From Longimicrobiales bacterium (GTDB lineage: Bacteria > Gemmatimonadota > Gemmatimonadetes > Longimicrobiales > RSA9): a stretch of 24,456 nt of DNA. Position numbers and translations under genes: made by a program. The stretch lies in contig DASTKT010000043.1 in the NCBI GenBank assembly GCA_035715725.1, forward strand, positions 1 to 24,456. The letters are read 5' to 3'. Below are positions 8,318 to 16,923 of the stretch, piece by piece (within the stretch, counting starts at the first letter, position 1; every line of letters starts with the position of its first letter). The notes under the pieces were generated by a model. The model worked only from the letters and a program-made list of their open reading frames with translations, did not search any database and was not told where the DNA came from.

Positions 8318-8476
8318 GGGGCATCAACACGCGATCGCCGCGAAGCCTCACGCTCGCGGGCGTCTCAGCGGTCCTTCTGTGTCGCACGGAGCCGCGGAGG
8401 GGTGGAGTCCATGTCATTCGGGGACGGGGCCGAACGGCCAGGCCGGCGTGATGGGAATCTGTACCGAATCACACAT

Positions 8477-8521
8477 GGAATGCGCCCGGTGGGATGCCTC
8501 CCACCGGGCGCTTCACATTCC
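8477..8521. repeat. REP-like palindromic hairpin, copy 1: gaatGCGCCCGGTGGGAtgccTCCCACCGGGCGCttcacattc
   Basis: Stem is perfect over 13 bp. The same core recurs at 20045-20080 and in degenerate form at 19326-19360. Confidence 0.7.
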
Positions 8522-8619
8522 CCGGAAACCATCTACTGCCCGGTACTCCTCCGCGGCTCCGCGCTCTCCGCGTGAGATGCCGTTCGCCGGCCCGGCCGGG
8601 GCCCATCCGGTGCCCGGAG

Positions 8620-8659
8620 CCCCGTGGCTCTCCGTGTGCCCCGTGGCTCCGTGTGACGC
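8620..8659 (-). repeat. Tandem direct repeat of about 19 bp (minus-strand reading CACACGGAG(A)GCCACGGGG, two copies) in the 3' region of the M20 peptidase gene
   Basis: On the plus strand, ccccgtggctctccgtgtg is followed by ccccgtggctccgtgtgac. The 15-mer GTCACACGGAGCCAC is identical to 20199-20213. Confidence 0.6.
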
Positions 8660-8711
8660 CTTCCGTTCCTCAGCCCTACCGGAGCGCCGGAGGACCGCCG
8701 GCATGAGCGAT

Positions 8712-10337
8712 TTACCGCGGGCTTCCCCCGTCCGCGCTGGTCTTCGTCAGCGTCGGGTACTTGATGCCGAGCTGCTGCAGGTAGTTGTCGTACTTCGTCT
8801 CGTCGAAGTAGAAGGGCTGCAGCTTGGGCTTGTACTCCTCCATGATCTTGCGGTTGAGCCAGGTGGCCGGCGGGTCGTCCTTGCCGATGAAGGGCGTGTA
8901 CTTCGTGTCCTTGGTCTGGACCTCCCGGAAGTACTTCCAGGCGTCGTCGAGCATCTTCGGGTTGAGGTAGTAGACCAGGGCGGTGCGGGCCATGACCTTT
9001 GCGCCGGCGGTGGCGCCCTTGTGGGCGATGGGCGTGGCCATGGAGATGGCGTTGGACCAGTTGTGCCCCGGCAGCCCCGGGATGTTGGACGGGAAGCGGA
9101 GCGTCACCGTGGGCACGACCCAGGAGACGTCGCCGATGTCGTCGGAGCCGCCGCTCTCGGGGCGGCGCGGCGGGCCGGAGAGGGAGTCGAGCTTCATGGC
9201 CAGGCCGGCCGTGTCGTTGCTGCTGACGAGCTTCTGCACGGCCTTGGCGAGCGCCTGGTCGTCGGCGGTCCAGGTGGGGAGGCCGACGGCCTGGATCTGC
9301 CGGTACATCAGCTCGGCGATCGGCCGGTTGAAGTGCCGCGGCCAGGCGGCGCCGAGGATGTGCTGCTTGACCTCGGTGTCGGTCATCTTCGCGGCGCCCT
9401 CGGCGATGCGCGTGCCGATGTCCCAGTTCTTCTTGATGTTCGGGTAGTCGAGCTCGCGGAAGTAGTACCAGACGGCGGCCTTGGACGGCACGACGTTCGG
9501 CTGGTCGCCGCCATCCGAGATGACGTAGTGGGAGCGCTGGTCGGGGCGCAGGTGCTCGCGGCGGAAGTTCCAGCCCACGTCCATGAGCTCGACGGCGTCG
9601 AGCGCGCTGCGGCCGCGCCAGGGCGCGCCGGCGCTGTGGGCGGACTCGCCGCTGAACAGGTACTCGACGGAGACGATTCCCGTCCCGCTGCCGGCGCCCC
9701 ACGAGACGCCCAGGTTGTCGCCGACGTGGGTGAAGAAGACCGCATCCACGTCCTTGAAGACGCCGTCGCGCACGAACCACTCCTTCGAGCCGAGCAGCTC
9801 CTCGGCGACGCCGGGCCAGAGCACGAGCGTCCCCGGGATCTTCTCGCGCTCCATGATCTTCTTGAGCGCGAGCGCCGCGGTGACGTTCACCGCCTGCCCC
9901 GAGTTGTGCCCCTCGCCGTGCCCCGGCGCGCCCTCCACGATCGGCTCGTGCCAGGCGACGCCGGGCTTCTGGCTCGCCTTCGGGATCCCGTCGATGTCGC
10001 TGCCGAACGCGATCACGGGCTTCCCCGACCCCCACTTCGCGACCCACGCCGTGGGGATCCCGGCCACGCCGGTCTGCACCTCGAAGCCGTTCTTGCGCAG
10101 GAGGTCCGTCACGTACTTCGACGTCTCGACCTCCTGGAAGCCGAGCTCCGAGAAGCTGAAGATCTTGTCGACCATCACCTGCGTGAGCTTCCGGTTCGCC
10201 TCCACCTCGGCCGTCACGTCCTGCAGCAGCTTGTTCTGCTTGCCGGACTGGGCGGACGCGGCGGTGGGGGCGAGGACGGCCGACGCGAGCGCGAGGACCG
10301 ATGCCAGCCGGAGCGTCGGCGATGCGGGTGTTCTCAT
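8712..10337 (-). CDS. Secreted M20-family metallopeptidase/amidohydrolase (AbgB-like). Start moved to the internal ATG at 10337, giving a signal peptide MRTPASPTLRLASVLALASAVLAPTAASAQ.
   Basis: ATG 10337 is preceded by AGGAGA. The translation carries M20 metal-binding-type motifs (GSDIDGIP, GHGEGHNSGQAV, WHEP) and is 541 aa. The upstream 79 codons of the track ORF are Arg/Pro-rich with no start support. Confidence 0.7.
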   Translation of the reverse strand: MRTPASPTLRLASVLALASAVLAPTAASAQSGKQNKLLQDVTAEVEANRKLTQVMVDKIFSFSELGFQEVETSKYVTDLLRKNGFEVQTGVAGIPTAWVAKWGSGKPVIAFGSDIDGIPKASQKPGVAWHEPIVEGAPGHGEGHNSGQAVNVTAALALKKIMEREKIPGTLVLWPGVAEELLGSKEWFVRDGVFKDVDAVFFTHVGDNLGVSWGAGSGTGIVSVEYLFSGESAHSAGAPWRGRSALDAVELMDVGWNFRREHLRPDQRSHYVISDGGDQPNVVPSKAAVWYYFRELDYPNIKKNWDIGTRIAEGAAKMTDTEVKQHILGAAWPRHFNRPIAELMYRQIQAVGLPTWTADDQALAKAVQKLVSSNDTAGLAMKLDSLSGPPRRPESGGSDDIGDVSWVVPTVTLRFPSNIPGLPGHNWSNAISMATPIAHKGATAGAKVMARTALVYYLNPKMLDDAWKYFREVQTKDTKYTPFIGKDDPPATWLNRKIMEEYKPKLQPFYFDETKYDNYLQQLGIKYPTLTKTSADGGSPR

Positions 10338-10613
10338 GGCGTCTCCTGAACGGGCGGGATGCGGCTCCCGGTCGGTTCCGCGGCGCCGCGGGATCGGCGC
10401 GGCTTCCTGGAGGGGCGCCCCTCGGCAGGCGGCCGGCCGCGCCGGCGGAATCGGTCTCGGGAGTGCGTCTCTGGAGTGATGCGGCACAATGTACGGCGGG
10501 AACGCGACGTCGCCAACGGCGGCGTCCCGGGGCGACGCACGCGCCCGCGAGCGCCCCGCGCTCGTCGCACCCACGAGCGCCCGGCGGTCGCTACACCCGC
10601 GAGTGCCGCGCCG

Positions 10614-13259
10614 TCACTCCGCCCGCAGCGTGGACGCCGGGTCCACCCGCGCCGCGCGGGACGCCGGCACCCAGCACGCGACGAGCGCCGCGAGGACGAG
10701 CACGCCGGCGACGCCGGCGTACGTGAGCGGATCGCTCGCGGAGACGCCGAACAGCAGCCCATCGAGCAGGCGGGTGGCGGCGAGCGCGGCCGCGAGACCG
10801 AGGACCAGGCCAACGGTCGTCAGCGCGAGCCCCCGCCGGACCACCATCGCTACGATCTCCGCGCGGGATGCGCCCAGCGCCGCGCGCACGCCGATCTCCC
10901 GCATCCGCTCGACGACGCCGCCCGCCAGCACGCCGTAGAGGCCCGCGCCCGCGAGCGCCACCGCCACCGCGGCGAACGCGCCGAACAGGAGCAGCGCGAA
11001 GCGGCGCTGCGCCGCCGAGTCGGCGACCAGCCGCTCCATCGTCGCCACGCGCGTGATCGGCTGGTCCTTGTCCACCGCGTGGACCGCCCGCCGAAGCGCC
11101 GGCAGCAGCGCCGCCGCGTCGCCGCGCGTGCGCACGACCAGCGTGAGCGCGCCGTCCGCGAACGGCCACTGCGCCTCGGGGACGTAGATCGCGTCCGGCT
11201 GCTCGGCCGCGAGCGAGACCTGGCGCACGTCGCCGACGATGCCGACGATCGTGCGCCACGCCCCCTCCGTGGCGGAGCCCATGCGCACGCGCTGCCCGAT
11301 CGGGTCCTCGCCCGGCCAGCCGCGCCGCGCGAACGACTCGTTGATCAGCACGACGGGCGGCGCATCCGCGCGGTCGCGCGCCGTGAGCGCGCGGCCGCGC
11401 ACGAGCGGGATCCCCATCGTCTGGAGGTAGCCGTCGCTCACGGCGTAGCGGTGCGCGCTCGGGTCCTGCTCCGGATTGGCCCGCGACCACGACTCGCTGT
11501 GCACGCCGTACTGGTCGAAGTCGTCGCTCAGCGGGAGCTGGCTCGTGAGCGCCGCCGACTCCACGCCCGGCACCGCGCGCACGCCCTCCAGCACGCGGTC
11601 GAAGAACGCGTGCGTCGCCGTGTCGTCGGCGAAGCGCGGACCGGACGTCTGCACCTGCACGGTGAGCAGGCCGTGCGCGTCGAAGCCCGGCGAGACCGCG
11701 AGCAGCCGCGACACGCTCTTCAGCAGCAGCCCGGCGCCGACCAACAGCACGAGCGCCAGCGCGACCTCCGCCACCACCAGCGCCCCGCGCAGGCGCCGCG
11801 ACGTCCCCGCGATCCGCCGCGTCCCCCGCTGGATCCGCTCGTTCAGCTCGCCGCGCCCCGCCACGAGCGCGGGCAGCAACCCGAACAGCACTCCGACCAG
11901 CGTCGTCAGCGCGAACGCGAAACCCGCCGCGCGCGCGTCCACGCGGATCGCATCGAGCCGCGGCAGCCCCGCCGGGCTGATCGCGACGAGCGCCCGCACG
12001 CCCGGCACGGCCACCGCCATCGACGCCGCGCCGCCGACGAGCGCCAGCAGCAGGCTCTCCGCCAGGAGCTGCCGGACGAGCCGGCCGCGGCTCGCGCCCA
12101 GCGCCGTCCGGATCGAGAACTCCGCCTCCCGCTGCGCCGCCCGGGCCAGCAGCAGGTTCATCACGTTCGCGCACGCCAGCAGGAGCACGAGCGCGACCGC
12201 GCCCAGGACCGCCAGCAGCACCGGCCGCACCCCGCCCGCCACCTCCTCCCGCAGCGGCACCAGCCGGAAGCCGGCGCGCGGATACTCCGTCGGGTGCTCG
12301 CTCACCACTCGCGCCGACAGCGCGTCCATCTCCCGCGCCGCCGCCCCGACCGCCACCCCCTGCCGCAGCCGCCCCACCGCCCGCAGGTGCCGGCACGTCC
12401 GGCACGCCCACGCCAGCGACGCGTCGTAGCGCAGCGGTGCCCACAGCCGCGCCTTCGGGTCCAGCAGGTTCTCGAACCCCGCCGGCATCACCCCCACCAC
12501 CGTCCACGGCGAGCCGTCCAGCGTCACCTTGCGCCCCACGATCCCGGCATCGCCGCCGAAACGGCTCCGCCACAGCCCGTGGCTCAGCACGACCACCCGC
12601 TCCGCGCCCGGCGCATCCTCCGCCGCGTCGAAGCCCCGTCCCAGCGCCGGCGCGACCCCCAGCACCCGAAAGTACGTCCACGACACCCGCTGCCCGTCCA
12701 GCCGCTCCGGCTCGCCCCGACCCGTCACCGTCGGCAGCCAGTCCCGCACCGCCGCCACCGCCTCGAACGAGCGGCTCTCCCGCGCCACGTCCGCGTATGT
12801 CGCGAACCCCGTGTTCGTCTTCTCCCCGTCCAGCCCCCGCTCCCACACCATCACGATCCGCTCCGCCCCCGGATACGGCAGCGACTCGAACAGGATCGGC
12901 CGAACCACGCTGAAGATCGCCGTGTTCGCCCCGATCCCCAGCGCCAGCGTCAGGACCGCGACGACGGTGAAGCCCGGCGCCCGCACGAGCAGCCGCGCCG
13001 CCAGCCGCACGTCGCGCAGCAGATCCTCCACCGGCCTCACGCCGCGCGCGTCCCGCGTCGCCTCCGCGTACTGGTCCACTCCCCCGAACGACCGCGCCGC
13101 CTCCCGCCGCGCCGCCTCCGGCGCGAGCCCCCGCTCCGCCTCCAGCCGTCGCGCCTCCATCTCCAGGTGGAACCCGATCTCCTCCGCCATCTCCCGCTCC
13201 ACCCGCCGCCGCGCCAGTAGCGCCCCCAGCCGCTCCCGCCAGTCCGATACGAGGCTCAT
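10614..13259 (-). CDS. ADOP-family permease (FtsX-like ABC transporter permease with a MacB-type periplasmic domain; acidobacterial duplicated orphan permease type)
   Basis: The N-terminus (RERLGALLARRRVEREMAEEIGFHLEMEARRLEAERGLAPEAARREAARSFGGVDQYAEATRDARGV..DLLRDVRLAARLLVRAPGFTVVAVLTLALGIGANTAIFSV) is the ADOP signature. ATG 13259 is preceded by AAGGAG. It is 881 aa with duplicated FtsX modules. No ABC ATPase gene is adjacent. Confidence 0.85.
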   Translation of the reverse strand: MSLVSDWRERLGALLARRRVEREMAEEIGFHLEMEARRLEAERGLAPEAARREAARSFGGVDQYAEATRDARGVRPVEDLLRDVRLAARLLVRAPGFTVVAVLTLALGIGANTAIFSVVRPILFESLPYPGAERIVMVWERGLDGEKTNTGFATYADVARESRSFEAVAAVRDWLPTVTGRGEPERLDGQRVSWTYFRVLGVAPALGRGFDAAEDAPGAERVVVLSHGLWRSRFGGDAGIVGRKVTLDGSPWTVVGVMPAGFENLLDPKARLWAPLRYDASLAWACRTCRHLRAVGRLRQGVAVGAAAREMDALSARVVSEHPTEYPRAGFRLVPLREEVAGGVRPVLLAVLGAVALVLLLACANVMNLLLARAAQREAEFSIRTALGASRGRLVRQLLAESLLLALVGGAASMAVAVPGVRALVAISPAGLPRLDAIRVDARAAGFAFALTTLVGVLFGLLPALVAGRGELNERIQRGTRRIAGTSRRLRGALVVAEVALALVLLVGAGLLLKSVSRLLAVSPGFDAHGLLTVQVQTSGPRFADDTATHAFFDRVLEGVRAVPGVESAALTSQLPLSDDFDQYGVHSESWSRANPEQDPSAHRYAVSDGYLQTMGIPLVRGRALTARDRADAPPVVLINESFARRGWPGEDPIGQRVRMGSATEGAWRTIVGIVGDVRQVSLAAEQPDAIYVPEAQWPFADGALTLVVRTRGDAAALLPALRRAVHAVDKDQPITRVATMERLVADSAAQRRFALLLFGAFAAVAVALAGAGLYGVLAGGVVERMREIGVRAALGASRAEIVAMVVRRGLALTTVGLVLGLAAALAATRLLDGLLFGVSASDPLTYAGVAGVLVLAALVACWVPASRAARVDPASTLRAE

Positions 13260-13447
13260 CGCGCCACTCCTTCAGAGGATCTGAAGAAAGAATGCGGGCG
13301 CCGCTGCCGATGGACAAGCGGAGTGGGGCGAGTGGCGGCGAACGCGACGTGGGGCGCACCCGCCCGCGGAGCCCGGTGCACGGCCGCCGACCGGCCGTCG
13401 GCCTCGGCGCGACCGTCGGTGCGGCGCGGGCGCCGCGCCGGACGGCC

Positions 13448-14539
13448 TCAGCCCAGCGCCGCCGCCAGCCGCCGCAGCCCCTCCTCCAGCACCGCCGTGT
13501 CCATGCCGAAGCCGATGCGGAACGCCGCCGGGTCGCCGAAGAAGCGCCCCGGCGCGACCGTCGTGTCGTAGCGGGTCTCCAGCCGCTCGACCAGCGCGTC
13601 GACGTCGCCGCCGTCCAGCCGCACGAAGCCGACGGTGCCGGCCGGCGGGCGCAGCCACGAGAGGCGCGGCTCCGCGGCGACGAACGCGTCCACGACGTCG
13701 CGGTTGTGCGCGGTCAGCGCTTCGAGCGGCGCGAGCAGCGCCGTCGCGCGCGCGAGCGCCCGCGTGGCGAGCCGCTCGGACGGCATCGCGAGCGTCGTGA
13801 AGAACAGGTTCTGGACGCGGCGGATCCGCTCCGCCAGCTCCGGCGCGGCCAGGATCCAGCCGACGCGCACGCCGTCCAGGCCGTACGCCTTCGTCAGGCT
13901 GCGCGTCGTGACGAAGCGGGGCGAGACGTGGACGGCCGAGCCGTGCCCGCCGGCGTGCAGCCACTCGAGGTAGACCTCGTCCACGAGCACGTGCAGGTCG
14001 TGCGCGTCCGCGAGCTCGGCCAGCGCGATGAGCTCCGGAGCGCCGATCAGGGCGCCGCTCGGGTTGTGCAGGTTCGTGAGCACGAGGAGCCGGGTGCGCG
14101 GCGTGAGCGCGGCGCGCACGCGCTCCGGGTCCACCGCGTAGGCGTCGGCGCGCGCCCGCTCGAAGAAGCGCACGCCGGCGTGCAGGTATCTCGGCACGGC
14201 GTGCAGCGGCTCGTACGTCGGGCTCTCGAGGAGCACCTCGTCGCCCGGCTGGAGGAGCGTGGCGCAGACCAGGTGGTTGGCGAGGGAGGCGCCGGTGGCG
14301 AGCACGATCCGGCGCGCGTCGACGCCGTAGCGCGCGCCGAGCGCCTCGAGCAGCGGCGGCCAGCCGGAGGTGTTCGCGCCCGCGGGCGCGAGATCCTCCA
14401 GCACGGGATCGAGCAGCTCCAGCGGGCACGCCCGCACGCCGCTCGCCGAGAGGTTCCAGCGGATCCCGGCACGCGACTTCGCCCACTCCAGGTAGCGGCT
14501 CCCCGGCGCGTCCGCGCCCGCCGCGATCCGTTCCCTCAC
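13448..14539 (-). CDS. PLP-dependent class I/II aminotransferase; proposed GTG start at 14539, overlapping the upstream permease stop (GTGA)
   Basis: Lys-containing motif SLTKAYGLDGVRVGWIL (SxxK...GxRxG) and overall class-I fold. There is no in-frame ATG near the N-terminus. GTG 14539 is preceded by GGAGG with a 5-nt spacer and gives 363 aa. The rest of ORF 13448..15682 is antisense to the APC permease. Confidence 0.65.
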   Translation of the reverse strand: MRERIAAGADAPGSRYLEWAKSRAGIRWNLSASGVRACPLELLDPVLEDLAPAGANTSGWPPLLEALGARYGVDARRIVLATGASLANHLVCATLLQPGDEVLLESPTYEPLHAVPRYLHAGVRFFERARADAYAVDPERVRAALTPRTRLLVLTNLHNPSGALIGAPELIALAELADAHDLHVLVDEVYLEWLHAGGHGSAVHVSPRFVTTRSLTKAYGLDGVRVGWILAAPELAERIRRVQNLFFTTLAMPSERLATRALARATALLAPLEALTAHNRDVVDAFVAAEPRLSWLRPPAGTVGFVRLDGGDVDALVERLETRYDTTVAPGRFFGDPAAFRIGFGMDTAVLEEGLRRLAAALG

Positions 14540-15879
14540 GCGCGCCTCCGGCGCCAGAAGAGGAAGACCGGCACGCCGAGCGCGATCAGCGCGCCGCCGA
14601 TCGCGGCGTTCACGGGGTTCGACCGGACGGAGCTGAGCACCACGAACGCGGCGACGGCCACGAAGCCCGCCGGGAGCCACGGGTAGCCCGGCGCGCGGAA
14701 GCCGCCCTCGTCGGCCGCGGGGTGCGCGCGCCGCCGGTACACGAACAGCGTGGCCACGACGCTGCCGAAGAAGATCCAGTCGCCGAAGACGACGTAGTCG
14801 AGGAGCTGGCCGTACGTGCCGGAGAGGAGCAGCAGCACGGCCCACGCGGCCTGGAAGAGGATCGCGCCGCCGGGCGTGCGCCAGCGCGGGTGCAGCTCGG
14901 CGGCCCAGCCGAAGAACAGGCCGTCGTCGGCCATGGCCTGGTAGACGCGCGGCGCCGCCAGGATCGACAGGTTGAGGAAGCCGAACGTCGAGGCGACGAT
15001 CCCCAGCGCGATCGCCGTCCCGCCCGCCGGCCCGAGCGCCGCCCGCATCGTGTCGGACGCCGGCGCGAGGCTGGCCGCCAGGCCGCCGGCGCCCAGCGTC
15101 GCCAGGTACGCGACGTTCGCGAGCACGTACGCCGCCACCACGATGGCCGTGCCGATCAGGAGCGCGCGCGGCAGGTTGCGGCGCGGCTCCACGATCTCCT
15201 CGGCCACGAAGTTCGCGTTCTGCCAGCCGCCGTACGAGAAGAGCACCGGGATGAGCGCGGCGCCGAGCGCGACGACGAGCAGGGGCCCGCCGGGCGCCGC
15301 CGGCTCCGCGCCCGCGGCCGGCGCCGGCCCGCCGCGCCCCGCGAACGCCAGCGCGACCACGATCAGCACCGCCAGCGCCGCGAGCTTCAGCACCGTGAGC
15401 ACGTTCTGCGTGATGCTGCCGGGGCGGACGCCGAAGTAGTTCACGCCCGAGAGGAGCAGGATCGCGCCGGCCGCCAGCGGCTTGACCGCGCCGCCCGGCA
15501 GGTGCGCCAGGTCCGTGGCGTAGCGCGCGAACGTGACCGCGACCGCGGCGACGCCGCCGGTGTTGATGACCAGCAGCAGCGTCCAGCCGTACAGGAACGC
15601 CGGCAGCGGGCCGAACGCCTCGCGCAGGTAGACGTAGCCGCCGCCGGCCGCGGGGCGGCGCGCGCCCAGCTCCGCGAAGCACATCGCGCCGACCAGCGCC
15701 ACCACGCCGCCGATGGCCCAGGCGCCCAGGATCCAGGCGCCCGTGCCCACGCGCTGCGCGACGATCGCGGGGTTCAGGAAGATCCCCGCGCCGATGATCC
15801 CGCCGACGACGACCATGGTGCCGTCGAAGAGCCCGAGTCGGCGCGCGTAGCTGGTCCTCTGCTCGGTGGTAGTAGACAT
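14536..15879 (-). CDS. APC-superfamily amino acid permease; start at ATG 15879 (MSTTTEQRTSY...)
   Basis: 12-TM permease with APC hallmarks (GAGIFLNPAIVAQ..., GGYVYLREAFG, FSYGGWQNANFVAEE), 447 aa. The track ORF starts at a TTG (16029). No clear SD precedes ATG 15879. Confidence 0.75.
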   Translation of the reverse strand: MSTTTEQRTSYARRLGLFDGTMVVVGGIIGAGIFLNPAIVAQRVGTGAWILGAWAIGGVVALVGAMCFAELGARRPAAGGGYVYLREAFGPLPAFLYGWTLLLVINTGGVAAVAVTFARYATDLAHLPGGAVKPLAAGAILLLSGVNYFGVRPGSITQNVLTVLKLAALAVLIVVALAFAGRGGPAPAAGAEPAAPGGPLLVVALGAALIPVLFSYGGWQNANFVAEEIVEPRRNLPRALLIGTAIVVAAYVLANVAYLATLGAGGLAASLAPASDTMRAALGPAGGTAIALGIVASTFGFLNLSILAAPRVYQAMADDGLFFGWAAELHPRWRTPGGAILFQAAWAVLLLLSGTYGQLLDYVVFGDWIFFGSVVATLFVYRRRAHPAADEGGFRAPGYPWLPAGFVAVAAFVVLSSVRSNPVNAAIGGALIALGVPVFLFWRRRRA

Positions 15880-16104
15880 GGGGGCGAAGATACGCGCGCG
15901 GTGCGCCGCGTCCAACCCGGCCAGGTCGGCGACGGCCGGTCCGGCCATGGGAGCGCCACGGGGGGCGGTCGATTCACTTCCGCGCGCGGATTGGGCGTTG
16001 AATGGAGGCCGAAGTGCTTCGGCGTCCAAAACCCGCCGTTCCCCGCAACCACCGCGACCGCCGCCCGTATTGCTCTGTACGCCACTTCGTCATTAGGGTC
16101 GTGC

Positions 16105-16881
16105 ATGCACCCGTACCTCTACTGTCTGCTGCTGGGTTTCGCCGGCCTCGTCGCCATGGCGGTCATGGGCGCGTTCGCCCACGGCGGCGGCCACGACCAC
16201 GGCGCCGGCCATGACCATGGCGGCGGCCACGCGGGCGGCGCCGACGGCCACGGCGCCTTCGGCCACCACGCCGGTCACGCCGACTCCGGCGCCGCCGGCC
16301 ATGCCGACGCCCACGGGCACTTCGCCCCCGATGGCGCCCACGCCGCCGGCCACGGCCCCGCCGCCGGCCACCCCCACGCCGGCGAGCACGCGGCCCAACA
16401 CGACCACGGCGGCGGCGCCGTCCGCGGCGCGCTCGGCGGTGCGCTCGCCTGGCTCTCGCCGCGCGTCGCGTTCAGCGTGCTCGTCGGCGTCGGCGCGGTA
16501 GGCACCGCGCTCCGCCCGCTCCTCCCCGCGCCGGCCGTGCTCGCGCTGGCGCTCGTCGGCGGCGTCGCGTTCGAGCGGGTGCTGGTGGGGCCGCTCTGGA
16601 ACCTCGTGTTCCGCTTCGCGTCGCAGCCGGCGGCCACGCTGCAGGACGCGCTCTTCGAGCGGGCCGAGGCGGTGACCGCCTTCAACGCGGCGGGGGAAGG
16701 GATCGTCCGCGTGCTGCTCGGCGGACAGGTCCGGCAGGTCCTGGCGCAGCTCCGGCCGGAGGAGGTCGGCAGCGGCGTGCGCGTCCGCGCCGGCGACGGC
16801 GTCCGCGTCGAGGAGGTGGACGCCGCCCGCGGTCGCTTCGTGGTGTCGTACCTCGGCCGGCTTCCGGCCGAGACCGGGTGA
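16105..16881 (+). CDS. NfeD-like membrane protein with an unusual ~80-aa His/Gly-rich insert (about 25 His; motifs GHDHG, HAGH) between the first TM helix and further TM helices, and a C-terminal NfeD-type beta-barrel domain
   Basis: ATG 16105 is an internal Met of ORF 14722..16881, whose upstream part is antisense to the permease. The C-terminus (GEGIVRVLLGGQVRQVLAQL...GVRVRAGDGVRVEEVDAARGRFVVSY) resembles NfeD OB-fold tails. It sits immediately upstream of an SPFH/flotillin gene, the canonical NfeD-SPFH pairing. Confidence 0.6.
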   Translation: MHPYLYCLLLGFAGLVAMAVMGAFAHGGGHDHGAGHDHGGGHAGGADGHGAFGHHAGHADSGAAGHADAHGHFAPDGAHAAGHGPAAGHPHAGEHAAQHDHGGGAVRGALGGALAWLSPRVAFSVLVGVGAVGTALRPLLPAPAVLALALVGGVAFERVLVGPLWNLVFRFASQPAATLQDALFERAEAVTAFNAAGEGIVRVLLGGQVRQVLAQLRPEEVGSGVRVRAGDGVRVEEVDAARGRFVVSYLGRLPAETG

Positions 16882-16923
16882 GCCACAGGGCCCGCCCGTG
16901 CACCTTGTTCCCGTGAGGAACGT

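Noticed and set aside
13540-15682. Reading ORF 13448..15682 as a single 744-aa protein
   Set aside because: The N-terminal 380 residues are low-complexity Arg/Gly/Ala and overlap the APC permease on the same strand in another frame. Only the C-terminal 363 aa show aminotransferase motifs.
14722-16104. Upstream 461 codons of ORF 14722..16881 and the TTG-initiated extension of the permease ORF to 16029
   Set aside because: They are antisense to the APC permease. The NfeD-like protein begins at the internal ATG 16105 with its TM helix. The permease most plausibly starts at ATG 15879 (MSTTTEQ), although no strong SD precedes it.
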